From Azolla caroliniana (lineage: Eukaryota > Plantae > Polypodiophyta), in contig JBHGNT010000089.1 in NCBI GenBank assembly GCA_043228905.1, forward strand, positions 1-64,000: 64,000 nt of DNA, given 5' to 3'. A program made the position numbers and the translations under genes. Below, in pieces: positions 30,282-43,162 of the stretch (its first letter is position 1; every line of letters starts with the position of its first letter). The notes below the pieces were generated by a model, which searched no databases, was not told where the DNA came from, and saw only the letters and a program-made list of their open reading frames with translations.

Positions 30282-31805
30282 AAAGCTGATTGCAAAAGGA
30301 AAATGCCAAGGAAGAATGTTTGTTTTAGATCTGGATATGCCTAAAATGACTACAACCATGTTGCAGGAGGATTGAATGTAATCTTAGATCTAGAAATGTT
30401 GCATAAACAAATGGGACAAATAAGTATGCAAACTTTACAAAATATGTTGAAAAAAAATGTAGTGGCTGGGCTACCAAAGTTGAAAGACTATGAGATGGGC
30501 AAAATATGTGAAGCATGTCAATATGGAAAGAAAAATGGGTTGCTTTTCCCTCATGAAGGACATATAAGCAAAAACCTGTTGGATTTGGTACATACAGATG
30601 TATGGGGACCTACAAAAATGCCTCAATTGGTGGCTGTAGGTTTTATGTAACATTAATTGATGATTGCTTAAAGAAAACATGGGTTTACTTCATGAAAAAT
30701 AAAAGAAAAGTATTTGAATGTTTTCGTAAGTTCAAATGCATGGTAGAAAATCAAGCCGGAAATAGGATAAAATGCTTAAGGTCTAGAAACATGGAAGATG
30801 TAGTTTCATATGTATCATTGGATGATGACTTGGGTACACAAGCCTTGAATATCCCTGGTATTGAAAAAGCACTGAAAGATGCAAATTAGAAATTGAGAAG
30901 ATTAGATAGAGAGAAAAAAAACTACTGAAAGATATGGTTATGATACCTACATGGCTATGAATTATGCATATATGTCTAAAGTGGTACAAATATCTGATCC
31001 AAATAGTTTTGATGAAGCAAAAACTGAGAAAAAATGGGTGAATGCAATGCAAGAAGAAATTGATGAACTGGTTGAAAATAAAAGCACATCAGTTTATGCA
31101 GTAGCCCACAATGCCACATCTGGACTGCATTAGAAGAAACTTGAGGTATGTAAAAGCTACTCAAAACTATGGGCTATTTTACAGGGCTGATCTGGACATA
31201 AAGGTAGAAGGATATATAGATGTTGATTGGGTTGGAAGTCAAACTGATAGAAGATCCAATAGTGGATATATGTTTACATTGGGAAGTGCAACTATTTCAT
31301 GGAGTAGCAAGAAACAAGCTATAGTTGCATTATCAAGTACTGAAGCTGAATATAGAGGAGCTACAATCGCTACATGTGAGGAAGTATGGATCAGAAGTTT
31401 GCTTCGTGATATGGGAGAGTATATAGATGGTGCAACCACAATTTGGTGTGACAATATTGTTGAGCGAGCAAGCTCAACCGGATCCGGATCGGTTTCCGGA
31501 TAGTACAGTAACCATTCGGTTAAGTGTGTGTCCAATTAAGTGTGCCATTATATTAAGTGCGCTTTTTTTTATAGATGTCAAATTCCTGTTCAAAAAAATT
31601 ACATTATTTTATGACAAAATACATTGAACCAAATGGAAACTATGTTCCAAAAATTCAAAAAACAACAAAATCATCAATAAAAATCAGATTTCTAAGTTCT
31701 TTCACAATTTCATACCAACATCATGTTTGGTCATTTGCCTACTTTTAGCGAGAACTTACAAAAAATGGCAAAAATTGAACAAAAATAGGATTTCTATGTC
31801 TTTCG

Positions 31806-33580
31806 CTATTTCATAACAAAATCATGTAAGGTCATTTGCCTACTTTTAGCGATACGCTTAGAAACAATGGCAGAATTTGCTTCTTGAATAATTCTATGAG
31901 CACTCGATAAAGCTGATTTTACTTGCTTTGCTTTCTCGGAACTCAAATAAGTTGTTGTCATTATCGAGTTGAGCATGAGTTTGGTATCAACAATATTTTG
32001 CAATACTTCAGGGTATCAACAATATTTTGCAATACTTCAGGAATAATCACATCTTCTTGCTTTAAGCATCCATGCATATCTTGCATCTCAACAAACTCAG
32101 AGTTTGAATCATTTTCATCATATGCAAGTGGTTCATTGGTGTTGGATGCTTGCGCTATAACTTCATCAATCTCTTCAAGGAGATTTTGATTTAGTTTTTC
32201 TGATTCATTTGCATCTGCATTGACACATTCCATGATTTCCTCTCGAATTTCTTCTACATTATGTGCATTCTCAAGCAAACTGCAGTTACATAACAAAGCA
32301 ACAAGATCATCAAGGCATTGATCTTCCATTTCAACAACTTCAACATCATTAATGCAGAATGATGGAATAATATCTACCTTTCTATAGCAATTAAAAAGTG
32401 TTTCTTGCTTGATCTCATTCCAAGCAATAACAATGAGATTGGCAACATCTAGCAAATGTGCCGACTTTCCAAAAGTTAAACCAATAGAACCTCTTCTCAT
32501 TCGTTTAGCAACATCCTCCAAACGAATCTTAACATTTTCTGGACTATCATGATATGTCAAAATTTCTCTTATCAAACGATATTTGTACCTCTTTTTCAAT
32601 GCTGCAATAACTCCCATATCCATTGGTTGCTTCCATGATGTGACATTGGCTGGGAAAAAAATCACTTTGATAGCATCACGCTCAAATATTTCGGCATGAC
32701 CAGGAGCATTATCAAGGATTAGAAGCACTTTGCGATTAGTTCGAGAACGAAAAAAAGGTACAAACACATGATCAAACCACTTATTAAAAGTAGGGATATC
32801 AATCCAAGCATTTTTTTGTGCTAAATAGGGTAATGGCCAAGAATTTCCAACAATACAAGCTAGTTCCTTAGCCTTTCCAATCATTGTAATGGGAACTTTT
32901 TCAGTTCCAGTCGCATTACAACAAACAACTAAGGTAACTCTATCTAGCAAATTTTTCCTACCTCGAATTGTTGTAGGATCTTCACTAGGCAAAAGCACTG
33001 TATATCTTGGAACTAATCGAAAAAATAAGCCTGTTTCATCCATATTGTAAACACAACTAGCATCATACTCATTGATTATAGCATAGAGCCTTTCCAAAGA
33101 AGCCAAAAATTCTGGGTCATTTCGATTAACTGCCCCTCCTTCGCCATACAAACTAATAGTATTCAAACATTGGCGATGACGAAATTTCCTAAACCAACCC
33201 CAAGTTGCTTTGAAATCATCATCACAAATATTCATTTGTGTAGGCAATCGCCGAGCCTTCTCCATAATAACTGATGGAGGCAATGCAATTGACAATTGAC
33301 GAGATGCATCAATCCAAGCATACAAGCGTTCCTATAATTCTGGATATTTCCCTTTGGATCCCCTAAAAGTTGTTTTCCTTGTATTATGATCTTTTAATTG
33401 GACACACATTCGTATCTCATCCTTCTTCTCGATCAAACTTCTAATCGCTGATTCACTTACACCAAAATTTCTACCTATGTTGCGAAGAGGAGCCAATGGT
33501 TGTTCCACTATCTCCAAAATTTGTAGCCTTTGTTCATCATTCAAACGAGGTCCAACACCTCGCTTATGGGTTGAATTCAT
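31806..33580 (-). pseudogene. pogo-like DD30D transposase (HTH, CENP-B-type HTH, DDE_1) with one in-frame stop and one frameshift
   Basis: ORFs 33332..33580 and 31961..33325 are in frame across a TAG. Motifs FKATWGWFRKFR, NMDETGLFF, LILDNAPGH and QPMDMGVI (30 aa between D2 and D3). A 29-nt tandem duplication at 31983-32040 shifts off the C-terminus (31806..32003). Confidence 0.92.
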
Positions 33581-33625
33581 CTCTGTAATAAGGCCAATGG
33601 GCTAATTTCACATTGACTTATATCT

Positions 33626-36303
33626 ATTATTTTCTAATTCCCTAAACCGTCAATCTAATTTATGAACCCAATCAACAAATGTACTCAAATTCAATAGTAA
33701 AAACAGCAAAATACATTCACATACTCATCCACAATCAAATTATTTTCTAATTCCCTAAACCCACAATCTAATTTATGAATCTAATCAACAAATGTACTCG
33801 AATTCATTAGTAAAAACAACACAAATACATTCACATACTCATCCACAATCAAATTATTTTATAATTCCCTAAACCCGCAATCTAATTTATGAACCTAATC
33901 AACAAATGTACTCGAATTCATCAATAAAAACAGCAAAATACACTCACATACTCATCCACTATCAACTTTTTTTCTAATTCCCTAAACTCGCAATCTAATT
34001 TATGAACCTAATCAACAAATTTACTCGAATTCAATAGTAAAAACAACAAAATACATTCACATACTCATCCACTATCAATTTTTTTTCTAATTCCCTAAAC
34101 CCACAATCTAATTTATGAACCTAATCAACAAATTTACTCGAATTCAGCAGTAAAAACAACAAAATACATTCACATACTCATCCACTATCAACTTTTTTTC
34201 TAATTCCCTAAACTCGCAATCTAATTTATGAACCTATTCAACAAATTTACTCGAATTCAGAAGTAGAAACAACAAAATACATTCACATATTCATCCATTA
34301 TCAATTTTTTTTCTAATTCCCTAAACCCACAATCTAATTTATGAACCTAATCAACAAATTTACTTGAATTCAGCAGTAAAAACAACAAAATACATTCACA
34401 TACTCATCCACAATCAAATTATTTTCTAATTCCCTAAACCCGCAATCTAATTTATGAACCTAATCAACAAATTTACTCGAATTCAATAGTAAAAACAACA
34501 AAATACATTCAAATACTCATCCACTATCAACTTTTTTTCTAATTCCCTAAACTCGCAATCTAATTTATGAACCTAATCAACAAATTTACTCGAATTCAAT
34601 AGTAAAAACAACAAAATAGATTCACATACTCATCCACTATCAATTTTTTTTCTAATTCCCTAAACCCACAATCTAATTTATGAACCTAATCAACAAATTT
34701 ACTCGAATTCAGCAGTAAAAACAGCAAAATACATTCACATACTCATCCACTATCAACTTTTTTTCTAATTCCCTAAACTCGCAATCTAATTTATGAACCT
34801 ATTCAACAAATTTACTCGAATTCAGCAGTAGAAACAACAAAATACATTCACATATTCATCCATTATCAAATTTTTTTCTAATTCCCTAAACCCACAATCT
34901 AATTTATGAACCTAATCAACAAATTTACTCGAATTCAGCAGTAAAAACAACAAAATACATTCACATACTCATCCACAATCAAATTATTTTATAATTCCCT
35001 AAACCCGCAATCTAATTTATGAACCTAATCAACAAATGTACTCGAATTCAACAATAAAAACAGCAAAATACATTCACATACTCATCTACTATCAACTTTT
35101 TTTCTAATTCCCTAAACTCGCAATCTAATTTATGAACCTAATCAACAAATTTACTCAAATTCAGTAGTAAAAACAACAAAATACATTCACATACTCATCC
35201 ACTATCAATTTTTTTTCTAATTCCCTAAACCCACAATCTAATTTATGAACCTAATCAACAAATTTATTCGAATTCAGCAGTAAAAACAACAAAATACATT
35301 CACATACTCATCCATTATCAATTTTTTTTCTAATTACCTAAACCCGCTGTCGTGCCTTTCGGCTCCGGATCGTTTGCGTGAGTCGGGTGGGAACCACTGG
35401 GGTTTTGGACTAGGAAGAGGAGAGTTTTAAGGCTAATAAGAATATAAATATGTTGTAAGAAAGAGTTATAGCAAACTCGTGAATCCCACGAGTGTATTGT
35501 ATTAGATTAATCAATATGAATATAAGAATATAAACTTCGGTTGAAAGAGAATGATATAGAATTCTCGTGAATCCCACGAGTATAGTTTATTAATTGGTGT
35601 TTTTTAGAAACATATCCAGTTTCCAAATATTTTTCACACACAATTACATTGTGCTTCCCATCCTTATGTAGTGATGAGGAAGTCTTAGTAATCCATGCTT
35701 TTTTTTTAACTATAGACCCCATGCTTTTCCTATAGATAGACTATATGCATTATCTAAAGTGATCATGCTTTTTTCTAACTTGTGCGTTTTTTATCATGCA
35801 CGCTAGATGTGTATGTGTAGCTTTTTCTTTTGTTATGCATTTTTCTAATGTTTATCCTAGCATGAATTTACCTTTCTATGTGGGACATCTATGCTTTAAC
35901 ACTAATGAAATGCTAGTGTAATGGTAAGACATTACATTATTAACATGGAGGTGCAAGGTTCGAATCTTGCCCTATGCATGTTCCATTTATTTTGCTATTT
36001 TCTTCTATTTCTTCATTTTTTATTGAATCTAATACTATATACGTTTTTCACGTAGTGTACAAAATACACTACGACACCGCAGTCTAATTTATGAACCTAT
36101 TCAACAAATTTACTCAAATTCAGCAGTAAAAACAACAAAATACATTGATATACCCATCCACTATCAATTTTTTTTCTAATTCCCTAAACCCGCAATCTAA
36201 TTTATGAACCTAATCAACAAATTTACTCGAACTCAGCAATAAAAAGAGCACAAATACATCCACATACTCATCCACAATGAAATTATTTTTTAATTCCCTA
36301 AAC
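33626..36303. repeat. Tandem array of ~113-bp monomers (~18 copies) inside the pogo element
   Basis: The unit ttctaattccctaaacccgcaatctaatttatgaacctaatcaacaaatttactcgaattcagcagtaaaaacaacaaaatacattcacatactcatccactatcaa recurs every ~113 bp and is interrupted at 35348-36076. Confidence 0.95.
35348..36076 (-). mobile_element. Solo LTR related to Gypsy family C
   Basis: TGTCGTG...TACGACA; 4-bp TSD CCGC; similar to 19184-19494 joined to 29471-29912. Confidence 0.88.
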
Positions 36304-37418
36304 ATTTGGCCTTAAAAAACCTGAAAATGCGCAGAAACTCTACATACCCGAAGAAGACTGTAGGTGCACAATAGTGTCTTGAGCAACAATGCGGTGAAGC
36401 AGCAACCTTGTGACCAGCTACGTGGGATTGATTAAGGTGCAAAGAGGGTCTGATTGGTGGCTGTTGGGGCTACACTTACTCAAATGTGCAGAGAAAACAA
36501 AAATTGGGGTAAATATTTTTTGTGTGTAAAAAGCCCTAAGTGCGCGGCTCGATTAAGTGCGCACCTTTTCCTTCAGATCAAAGTGCGCACTTAACTGAAT
36601 GTTTACTATGTCCGAAACTAGGAGCCGGATCGGAATTGGGGAGCCAGACCCACGTGTGTACCGGTAGGCCATTTAGAGGTCTACGCTTCTAGCCTACTAG
36701 GTAGTCATGGTCCTCGTAGTTAGTGTCAACCGCTCATATGAGCATTGAAGTACATAGTACTTCTGTTAGTCCCTTGTGGACTTGTATAAAGAGTGCTCAC
36801 TGAGCACATCCTATGTACAAAGTATTATTTTTTAATATAGTTTATGCTATTATGCTCTCTTTGTTTCTCCCACTCTCTATTTGTGTCTTGTAAGGTTTCC
36901 ATTAAACCTGTACTCTCTCTATTGCTATCCAGCTGAACCGGTTTGTCATAAGCTTCCACATATTAACTTTTTCAAATATGAGCAGTATTTAGCTCGCAAA
37001 AAACCCAGTCTTGCATGCAAGAACAAAGCACATTGAAGTGCATTATCACTTTGTTAGAGAAAAAGTGATTAATGGAGAAGTAGATCTGTTGTATGTAAGT
37101 ACAAATCAGCATGTTGCTGACGTTCTTACGAAGGGACTGAGCATAGAAAAACATACACAATTTAGGGACATGATGGGAATTATAAGCATTGATATGATAG
37201 CTGGAAAGCATGATGGAAAAGAAGACTAAAGATGATCTCAAGAGTGGATAAGTTGAGCTTGGGGGGAGTGTTAAGAAACAAGCTCAAGAAAATCAATGTG
37301 ATCCTTATTAGTAGCTGAGATCTTCCGTAGTAGCTATTGGGAAATTAGCTACTATTAGACATATCGATAAAACAACTATTTAGCTACTCATAGCTAATTA
37401 GCCGAATATGTAAGTCAC

Positions 37419-38435
37419 TTATATACTTAGGTAAAAAAAGTAAGAGTAAGTAGTAGAGAGAAGTAACAAAACAGAGAGAGATGTTTTTTTATGCGAAATG
37501 AAAGAGAAGTGTTTTGGGCTGCTACAGAGGTGAGTTCCCTTCTCCCTTTCCTTTCTCTCTTGAAACCTAAATGATCCTAAGAAGAGCCGTAGCGCCTTCG
37601 TAACAAGCCTAAGCAAAGACCAAGTGTGCAAAGGGGAGATCGACCGAGACCAATCCAAGGAGTTGACAAGTTGGCCTTGTCGGAGGTTGAAGCAATGCGG
37701 GCCGGTGAGCCTAGAGGAAGTCCGAGGACGAGAAGTGTCCTCCACACCTGTTCCAGAGACTTCGACAATTTAGCCCGTGTGCTGACATCAGAGAGATGGA
37801 AGGTGGCGGTGAGGAGACCTGGCATGATGGTAGCGAGGATAGAGGAGAAGAAGAGCTCTCCACACTTGTTCCGAAGACTTCGGCGATCGGGCCCGAGAGC
37901 CAACGTGAGACGAGAGAGATGGAAGGTGGCGGTGAGGAGGCCTAACACGATGCTAGAGTACACGGAAGAGTGGTGTCCTATGAGGAGGCCAAGGACGAAG
38001 ACACAGAAGAACAAGCTTATGATGAAAGGGGCGGCACCGTAGAGAGAAGAGTTGGAGGATGGCCTGACCGGGAGACGATCTGGTCAGCATTCCGATTCGG
38101 ATGGAATGCAATCCGGACATGGATTGCTCGAGCAGAACCAGCCTGACATGCATTTAATCAGTCGAACCAAAGCAAAGAGGTAGGCAAGAATGATCGATTG
38201 AGGATGGGTTTGGACAAAGACCAAATGTGCCGAGATTCGGATGGCCAAGCCGAACTGACGTCGAACTAAGCCGGTCGGGGGTCGGAGTAGCAAATGGATA
38301 CGAAGAAGGACCAAGAGGGATCCTCCACACCTGATCTTGAGACTCAGTAGTTGCGGATAAATGTAAGACCGAGAAGACGGAGGGTGGCGGCGAGGAGTAT
38401 GAGGTCGTAGCAAGCGAAGGCACTAGAAGAAGCAT
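37419..38435 (-). pseudogene. Decayed ORF of unknown function, probably TE-borne
   Basis: ORFs 38154..38435, 37953..38153 and 37419..37745 share one frame, separated by TAA/TAG/TGA stops. GC-rich; no recognisable domain. Confidence 0.35.
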
Positions 38436-39199
38436 ACGGGGCGTTGTGGAGGAAGATGGAGGCCCAATGGGCCAATCGGTTCAAACGGGTGTTGCACAGG
38501 ATGAGACGTCAATATCAGAGACTGTTGAGGACACCGAAGTGGACATGGATGTCGAGGTAGAAGTGTACCTTGCCAAAAGATTACACACAGAAGGAAGAAA
38601 CGAGAGACGTGCAATGCAGCCATGTAAAGGCTAGAGACGAGCATTGAGGAGATCGACGTTGGTGGGAAGCAGGAAGAAGATTTGCATGCGACGTTGCCGG
38701 ATCAACGAGCAAGGTTGAGGTGCATAAGGAACGGTTTCTGACAGACGATCGAAGTGGTTGGGCGTCCGGACGAAGGTCATGCACTGAGAATGAAGGAAGT
38801 CGCATCAGGTTAGTAACGACATTCGGGATATCTGGTCCTACTAACTAGAGAATGGTTGAGAATTAGGTTGGCCTGAGAGTCAACATTTCGGGACCGACAA
38901 CGACAGATGCAGAAGTCGGGTGTCGGGTCAGCAACAGACCTGGTTGATCACCTTTGCCGGAAACCCAATCTTCTCTTCCCTTTCTTGGCACATTCCGGCG
39001 GATGTGCAATTTGGTGGGGTTGGATGTCGTGAAGATTTCTAGCGATAGTGAGAAAACTAGGTGGAATGAGCGAAGTCGGTGATGTGCACCGTGTGCACAT
39101 ATGCATTACGAAATGCAAATAAAAATGAAAAGGAGAAAAGGAAGGGTGCAAAAGGGCACTGATAGAGTTAATGAGAGGAATGAGTGTGATGTGTACAAC

Positions 39200-39810
39200 G
39201 GTCGACATGCACAATTATAGGGTAGTAGGGAATGTGAAAGTGAGGGGCATTAAATGTACTTCTCCCATCACCACTCCAGATATCGAGGCAAGTATCTCCT
39301 TGAAAAGGGGGATATTTGATCGACTTGTAACGTACCTCCCTTTTTGAGCTATAAAGGGAGAGAGAGGTCTCTTGTAAAAGGGGTTCCTCGGTTTTGTTAG
39401 TTCCCCGTTTTAGGTTTCGGTAGTTTTTTATCTCTCTGTTGTTTAGCTTACCGTTGTTTGATAGAGTTCGGGGTTCCATTTTTGTTAGGGTTATTTCAGC
39501 TAGAGCTAGCATGCTTTGAGGGTTTTGGTTCTGCACTGTCTTCTACGCAATGACTCCATTCGGTGCGGCGAGCCCGAGAGCTCCTTGAATGGAAACTTGC
39601 TAACAGAAGGTCGTTGTATTCTAGTCTACTCTCTCTGGCCTGAAGCCCGGAGGTGTGTTGTGTTGTTTCTATACATAAATATGTACAAAGGGTTGTCTAT
39701 ATTTTTCTTTGTCGGTGTCAAATGTGTTTCTCTTCCTTTCCGGTTTTTGTACATAGGAAGCGTGTGTTGTGTAAGTGTTGCGGGTGTGCCAGGGGCACAA
39801 GACCGGGACA
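39200..39810 (+). mobile_element. Probable LTR of an unassigned family (boundaries approximate)
   Basis: The promoter-like block gtatctc...cctccctttttgagctataaaggga is shared with 51705-51790; the segment ends ...cgggACA. Confidence 0.4.
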
Positions 39811-40549
39811 TTTGAAACAGGTAATCTGTCGCATTTTGAGAACTGCCCATAAAAAAATGACACAAATTAGGGTGATTCACAAAAAGGGGTGCCACTATTC
39901 ATTTCTAGCATGTACGAAAATTTAGGTGTTCAAAACAATGCTTAAATAATGGACATGCCAAACTTACAAATAAATGTCCAAAATGACTAACACCAATATT
40001 TATAGAAATTCATGAATCCAAATCTTGATGTACAATACAATAATTAAAGTTAACATATAGGAACAATCGTTTTCCAAGTTTATGCCATCATCTTCATACC
40101 CATCAAATGAACTAGTAGGAGTTTGTGAGGTCTAATCCTCATCATCAATGGCAACTAATGCATTATCTTCATCCAATTGCAATTCAACCTCATCGTGGTT
40201 ATGAGTCATGCATCTTGTTTGTCTTTGTGTTATGTCTGGAGCCACATTCGGGATCCTCTTTTAGTATCTTCATTGTCGTCTGTCGTAGATAGCCTGTTTT
40301 GGTCAAAGATAAGTCATACACCACTATACAAACATTATCCAATTTGAGAGTAGATGTGCTTGATGCATTCTTTCTTTTTCACTTTTTGTTTATGATATTT
40401 AATTATGTACTTTCTATTTATGATATTTGATTATGTGAGAGAAACCTACAAGCTACCATTTATTCTACCAAAAGCATTAGAATCTAAAAAATGTCGTAAA
40501 GATGCTTTTTTGTTTTCTTAGATTCTCATAGTAAGCCTTTGATATCAAA

Positions 40550-41600
40550 CAAAAATCCAATGCATTACATCTTGATTTGATGCACTATGTCAAATTTTAC
40601 TCTATACATCTAGAATTCGATGTAGTGCATCGAATTCTTGTTGTAAGTCTTGGATTTTTTAAAAATTTTCCATTTAAAAAAAACTCTTGGATTTTCAACT
40701 GAGGCCCAATGCATTACATCGAATTCTAGCTATATAGACTAAAATAAGATACATTGCATTGGATTTCAGTTAAAAATTCACATTAAAAAATGAAAAAAAA
40801 AATAAAAAATGTTTTTTTAAAAACAATCTTGGATTTTTAACTCAAATCCAATGCATTGCATTTTATTTTAGTGTATACATCCAGAATCTGATGCATTGCA
40901 TCGAATTTCAGTTGAAAATCTGCAATTTGTTTATTTGTTTTCATTATTTATTTATTTATTCATTTTTTCCATAACAAAATAAAAAATAAAAAAATTGAAA
41001 AGATGTATTATCAATTGAAATTCAATGTATTGCAACGAATTTTAGTCTATACAACTAGAATCCGATGCAATGCATTGTATTCCATGAAAAAAATGGATTT
41101 TCAACTGAAATATGATGCACTGCATCGGATTTTAGTCCATACAGCTAGAATTTGATGTAGTGCATCGGATTTCAGTTGAAAATCCATTTAAAAATATTTT
41201 TTAAATGTTTTTAATTTTTTTCCATAAAAAAATAAATAAAAATGAAAAATATAGATTTTCAACTAAAATCCGATGTACTACATCAGATTTTAGTCTATAG
41301 AGTTAGAATCCGATGCAGTGCATCAAATTTCAGTTGAAAATCCATTTTTTTTAAATTTTAATTTTTTTTCATAAATAAATAAATAAAAATTGAAAAAAGT
41401 GGATTTTCAATTGAAATCCAATGCAGTGCATTAGATGTTGGTGGAAAACTGAGTTTTTAAAAAAAATTCTTATTTGTTTTTACTTTTTCCACAAAACATT
41501 TAAAAAAAATCTTGGATTTCCAACTGGAATCCAATGCAGTGCATCGAATTCGTGTTGGAAATCCAAGAATTTTTTATTTTCAACGATTGGGCATTTACCC
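40550..41600. repeat. Array of ~15 short palindromes (AATCCGATGCA-n-TGCATCGGATT consensus), probably a DNA transposon subterminal region
   Basis: Degenerate copies recur in pairs separated by A/T tracts; the region ends in gggcatttaccc. Confidence 0.7.
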
Positions 41601-42230
41601 ATACATCCTAATGACCGACAGATTAGACTCTTTAAAGCAATGCTTGATAATAGATAGAGCTGCTGCATTGTTTCTTCTTTAACAACTTTATTAGTTGCGG
41701 GAGGTTGATAGAATAATTGTTCTTGTCTGCTTGCGTAGACGACATATTAAAAAGGATTGGACCCTCTAGCCATGTAACCGTTAAGACAGGTGCTACTCTC
41801 CTAGCAAGCAGAGTTGGTGGGCGGGATCTCGCTGCATCGAAAGATCAGTCTAATGCGAAGACCGCCCGCCAAAACAAAAACAAAATTGCATGATGCAGCT
41901 ACTCAGTAGTCAAAAATGTCTGCATTGACACTACGTGAAGAACAGGTTCAGGGTGCGTGGGAAGAACCGCAACAGAGTGAAGTAGGATTGAACTCTTCAT
42001 CCAATGCCATTTCCTAGGCAGCAATCAATGATTGAACCTGAGACGTTTACCCATCCATCCTCTAAAAGATTAGACTGCGGCTTTCAATATTAATTTATAG
42101 AATAGCATAGAAATGAAAAAAACTCTGCACTGTGGGCTTCATTGTTGCAGCAGATTCGGCATGCTGATGTAGCGGGGAGGACTCTCTTTCACCATTACTG
42201 CCTGCATGCGCGAAAGGAAAGTAGCTAATC

Positions 42231-42605
42231 TCAGAATTTTTTTGAGGTGGTGGTAGTGTTCGGTGGCGAAGAAAGTGGTTGATGGTGATATTCTTATTCA
42301 TCATTTATAAAAGGATCATCCATAAGAGGATTATCATATGCAGTATAACTATGTAACCGGGCGGGGAAGGCAGTTGAAGCTAGATTTTCATTTGTCGCTG
42401 CTTCTTTCTGTTGTCGAAGAACGACGACTTCCCCTACGAGATAGGTCTGTATCAATTTGTGTTTCGGCATCAGTTGGCCTTTCTTCAGTTTGTGTTTCGA
42501 CATTGTTGTTTTGATCAACGGGAGGTACAAGAACCTCATCAACACTGTCAGTGGTAAGAACATTTGTATTTTCCACGTAAACCTATTGGGAGGTATAATA
42601 TCACT
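42231..42605 (-). pseudogene. 3' part of an orphan decayed ORF split by the LINE
   Basis: VENTNVLTTDSVDEVLVPPVDQNNNVETQTEE...YDNPLMDDPFINDE continues from 47918-49121 across the TCACT duplication. Confidence 0.4.
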
Positions 42606-43162
42606 GTCACTCTCTCTCTCTCTCACTCTCTCACTCTCTCTCTGCCGTTGCGTTGCGTCTCTCTAACGGCTCTCTCTGCCGTTGCGTTGTTGTCGCTGTC
42701 GTCGCCGTCGCCGTCACCGTCGCCGTCGTCTGCAGCCACTGCAGCCGTCGCCGTCTGCTCTCTCTCTCTCTCTCTGTCTCGCTTCCTCGTCTCTCTCTGC
42801 TGTTGCTGTCGCCGGCTAGTGTTGTCGCCGTTGTCGTCGTCTGTCGTTATCTGCGGCCGTGGCCGTCTGCTACCGTCTGCAGCCGTCTTCTACAGCCTGC
42901 CGTTGTCTGCTGTCGTCTGCCGTCTGCTGCCGTCGTCGGCCGTCGTTTGACGACTGCCACCGTCGCCGTCGCCGTCACGGGGTGTTTCTTCTCCGTTTTC
43001 TCTTGATGTGGTGAAGTGCCATTTTCTTGACGAGTTCGTGGGTGGTTTCTTTTGGTGTGCTCGTCGCGTGCTACAAAATGCCGATGTGATTGCAACATAC
43101 ACACAAACTCGGCTAAGTCTCGAACCCATTTATTTTACCTTTTTTTTCTTATTGACACCACA

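Larger units (their letters stand above)
31506..36608 (-). mobile_element. pogo/Tigger-superfamily DNA transposon
   Basis: TIRs CAGTAACCATTCGGTTAAGTG and CACTTAACTGAATGTTTACTA; TA on the left and TG (probably mutated TA) on the right; internal transposase. Confidence 0.9.
31458..36974 (+). mobile_element. Copia solo LTR split by a pogo transposon
   Basis: TGTTGAGCGAGCAAGCTCAACCGGATCC...TTTTCA; TSD AATAT (31453-57 and 36975-79); homologous to the LTRs at 10678 and 50144. Confidence 0.88.
30282..37440 (+). mobile_element. Heavily deleted Ty1/Copia remnant (pre-integrase/integrase, RT bits, RNase H, PPT, start of 3' LTR at 37269), split by a solo LTR
   Basis: ICEACQYGK...LVHTDVWGP; SWSSKKQAIVALSSTEAEY...WCDN|MSSI*LAKNPVLHARTKHIE rejoins across the 31458-36974 insertion; PPT ttggggggag at 37259-37268. 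The right boundary is approximate. Confidence 0.85.

Noticed and set aside
33626-36303. CRISPR-like regular array
   Set aside because: The whole 113-bp unit repeats with no unique spacers, there are no cas genes, and the context is eukaryotic. It is a tandem satellite.
40550-41600. Palindromic repeats as CRISPR direct repeats
   Set aside because: The repeats are degenerate and the spacers are themselves repetitive or A/T tracts of irregular length.
41815-41873. Hammerhead or other self-cleaving ribozyme
   Set aside because: GAAA is present, but there is no correctly placed CUGANGA core on either strand.
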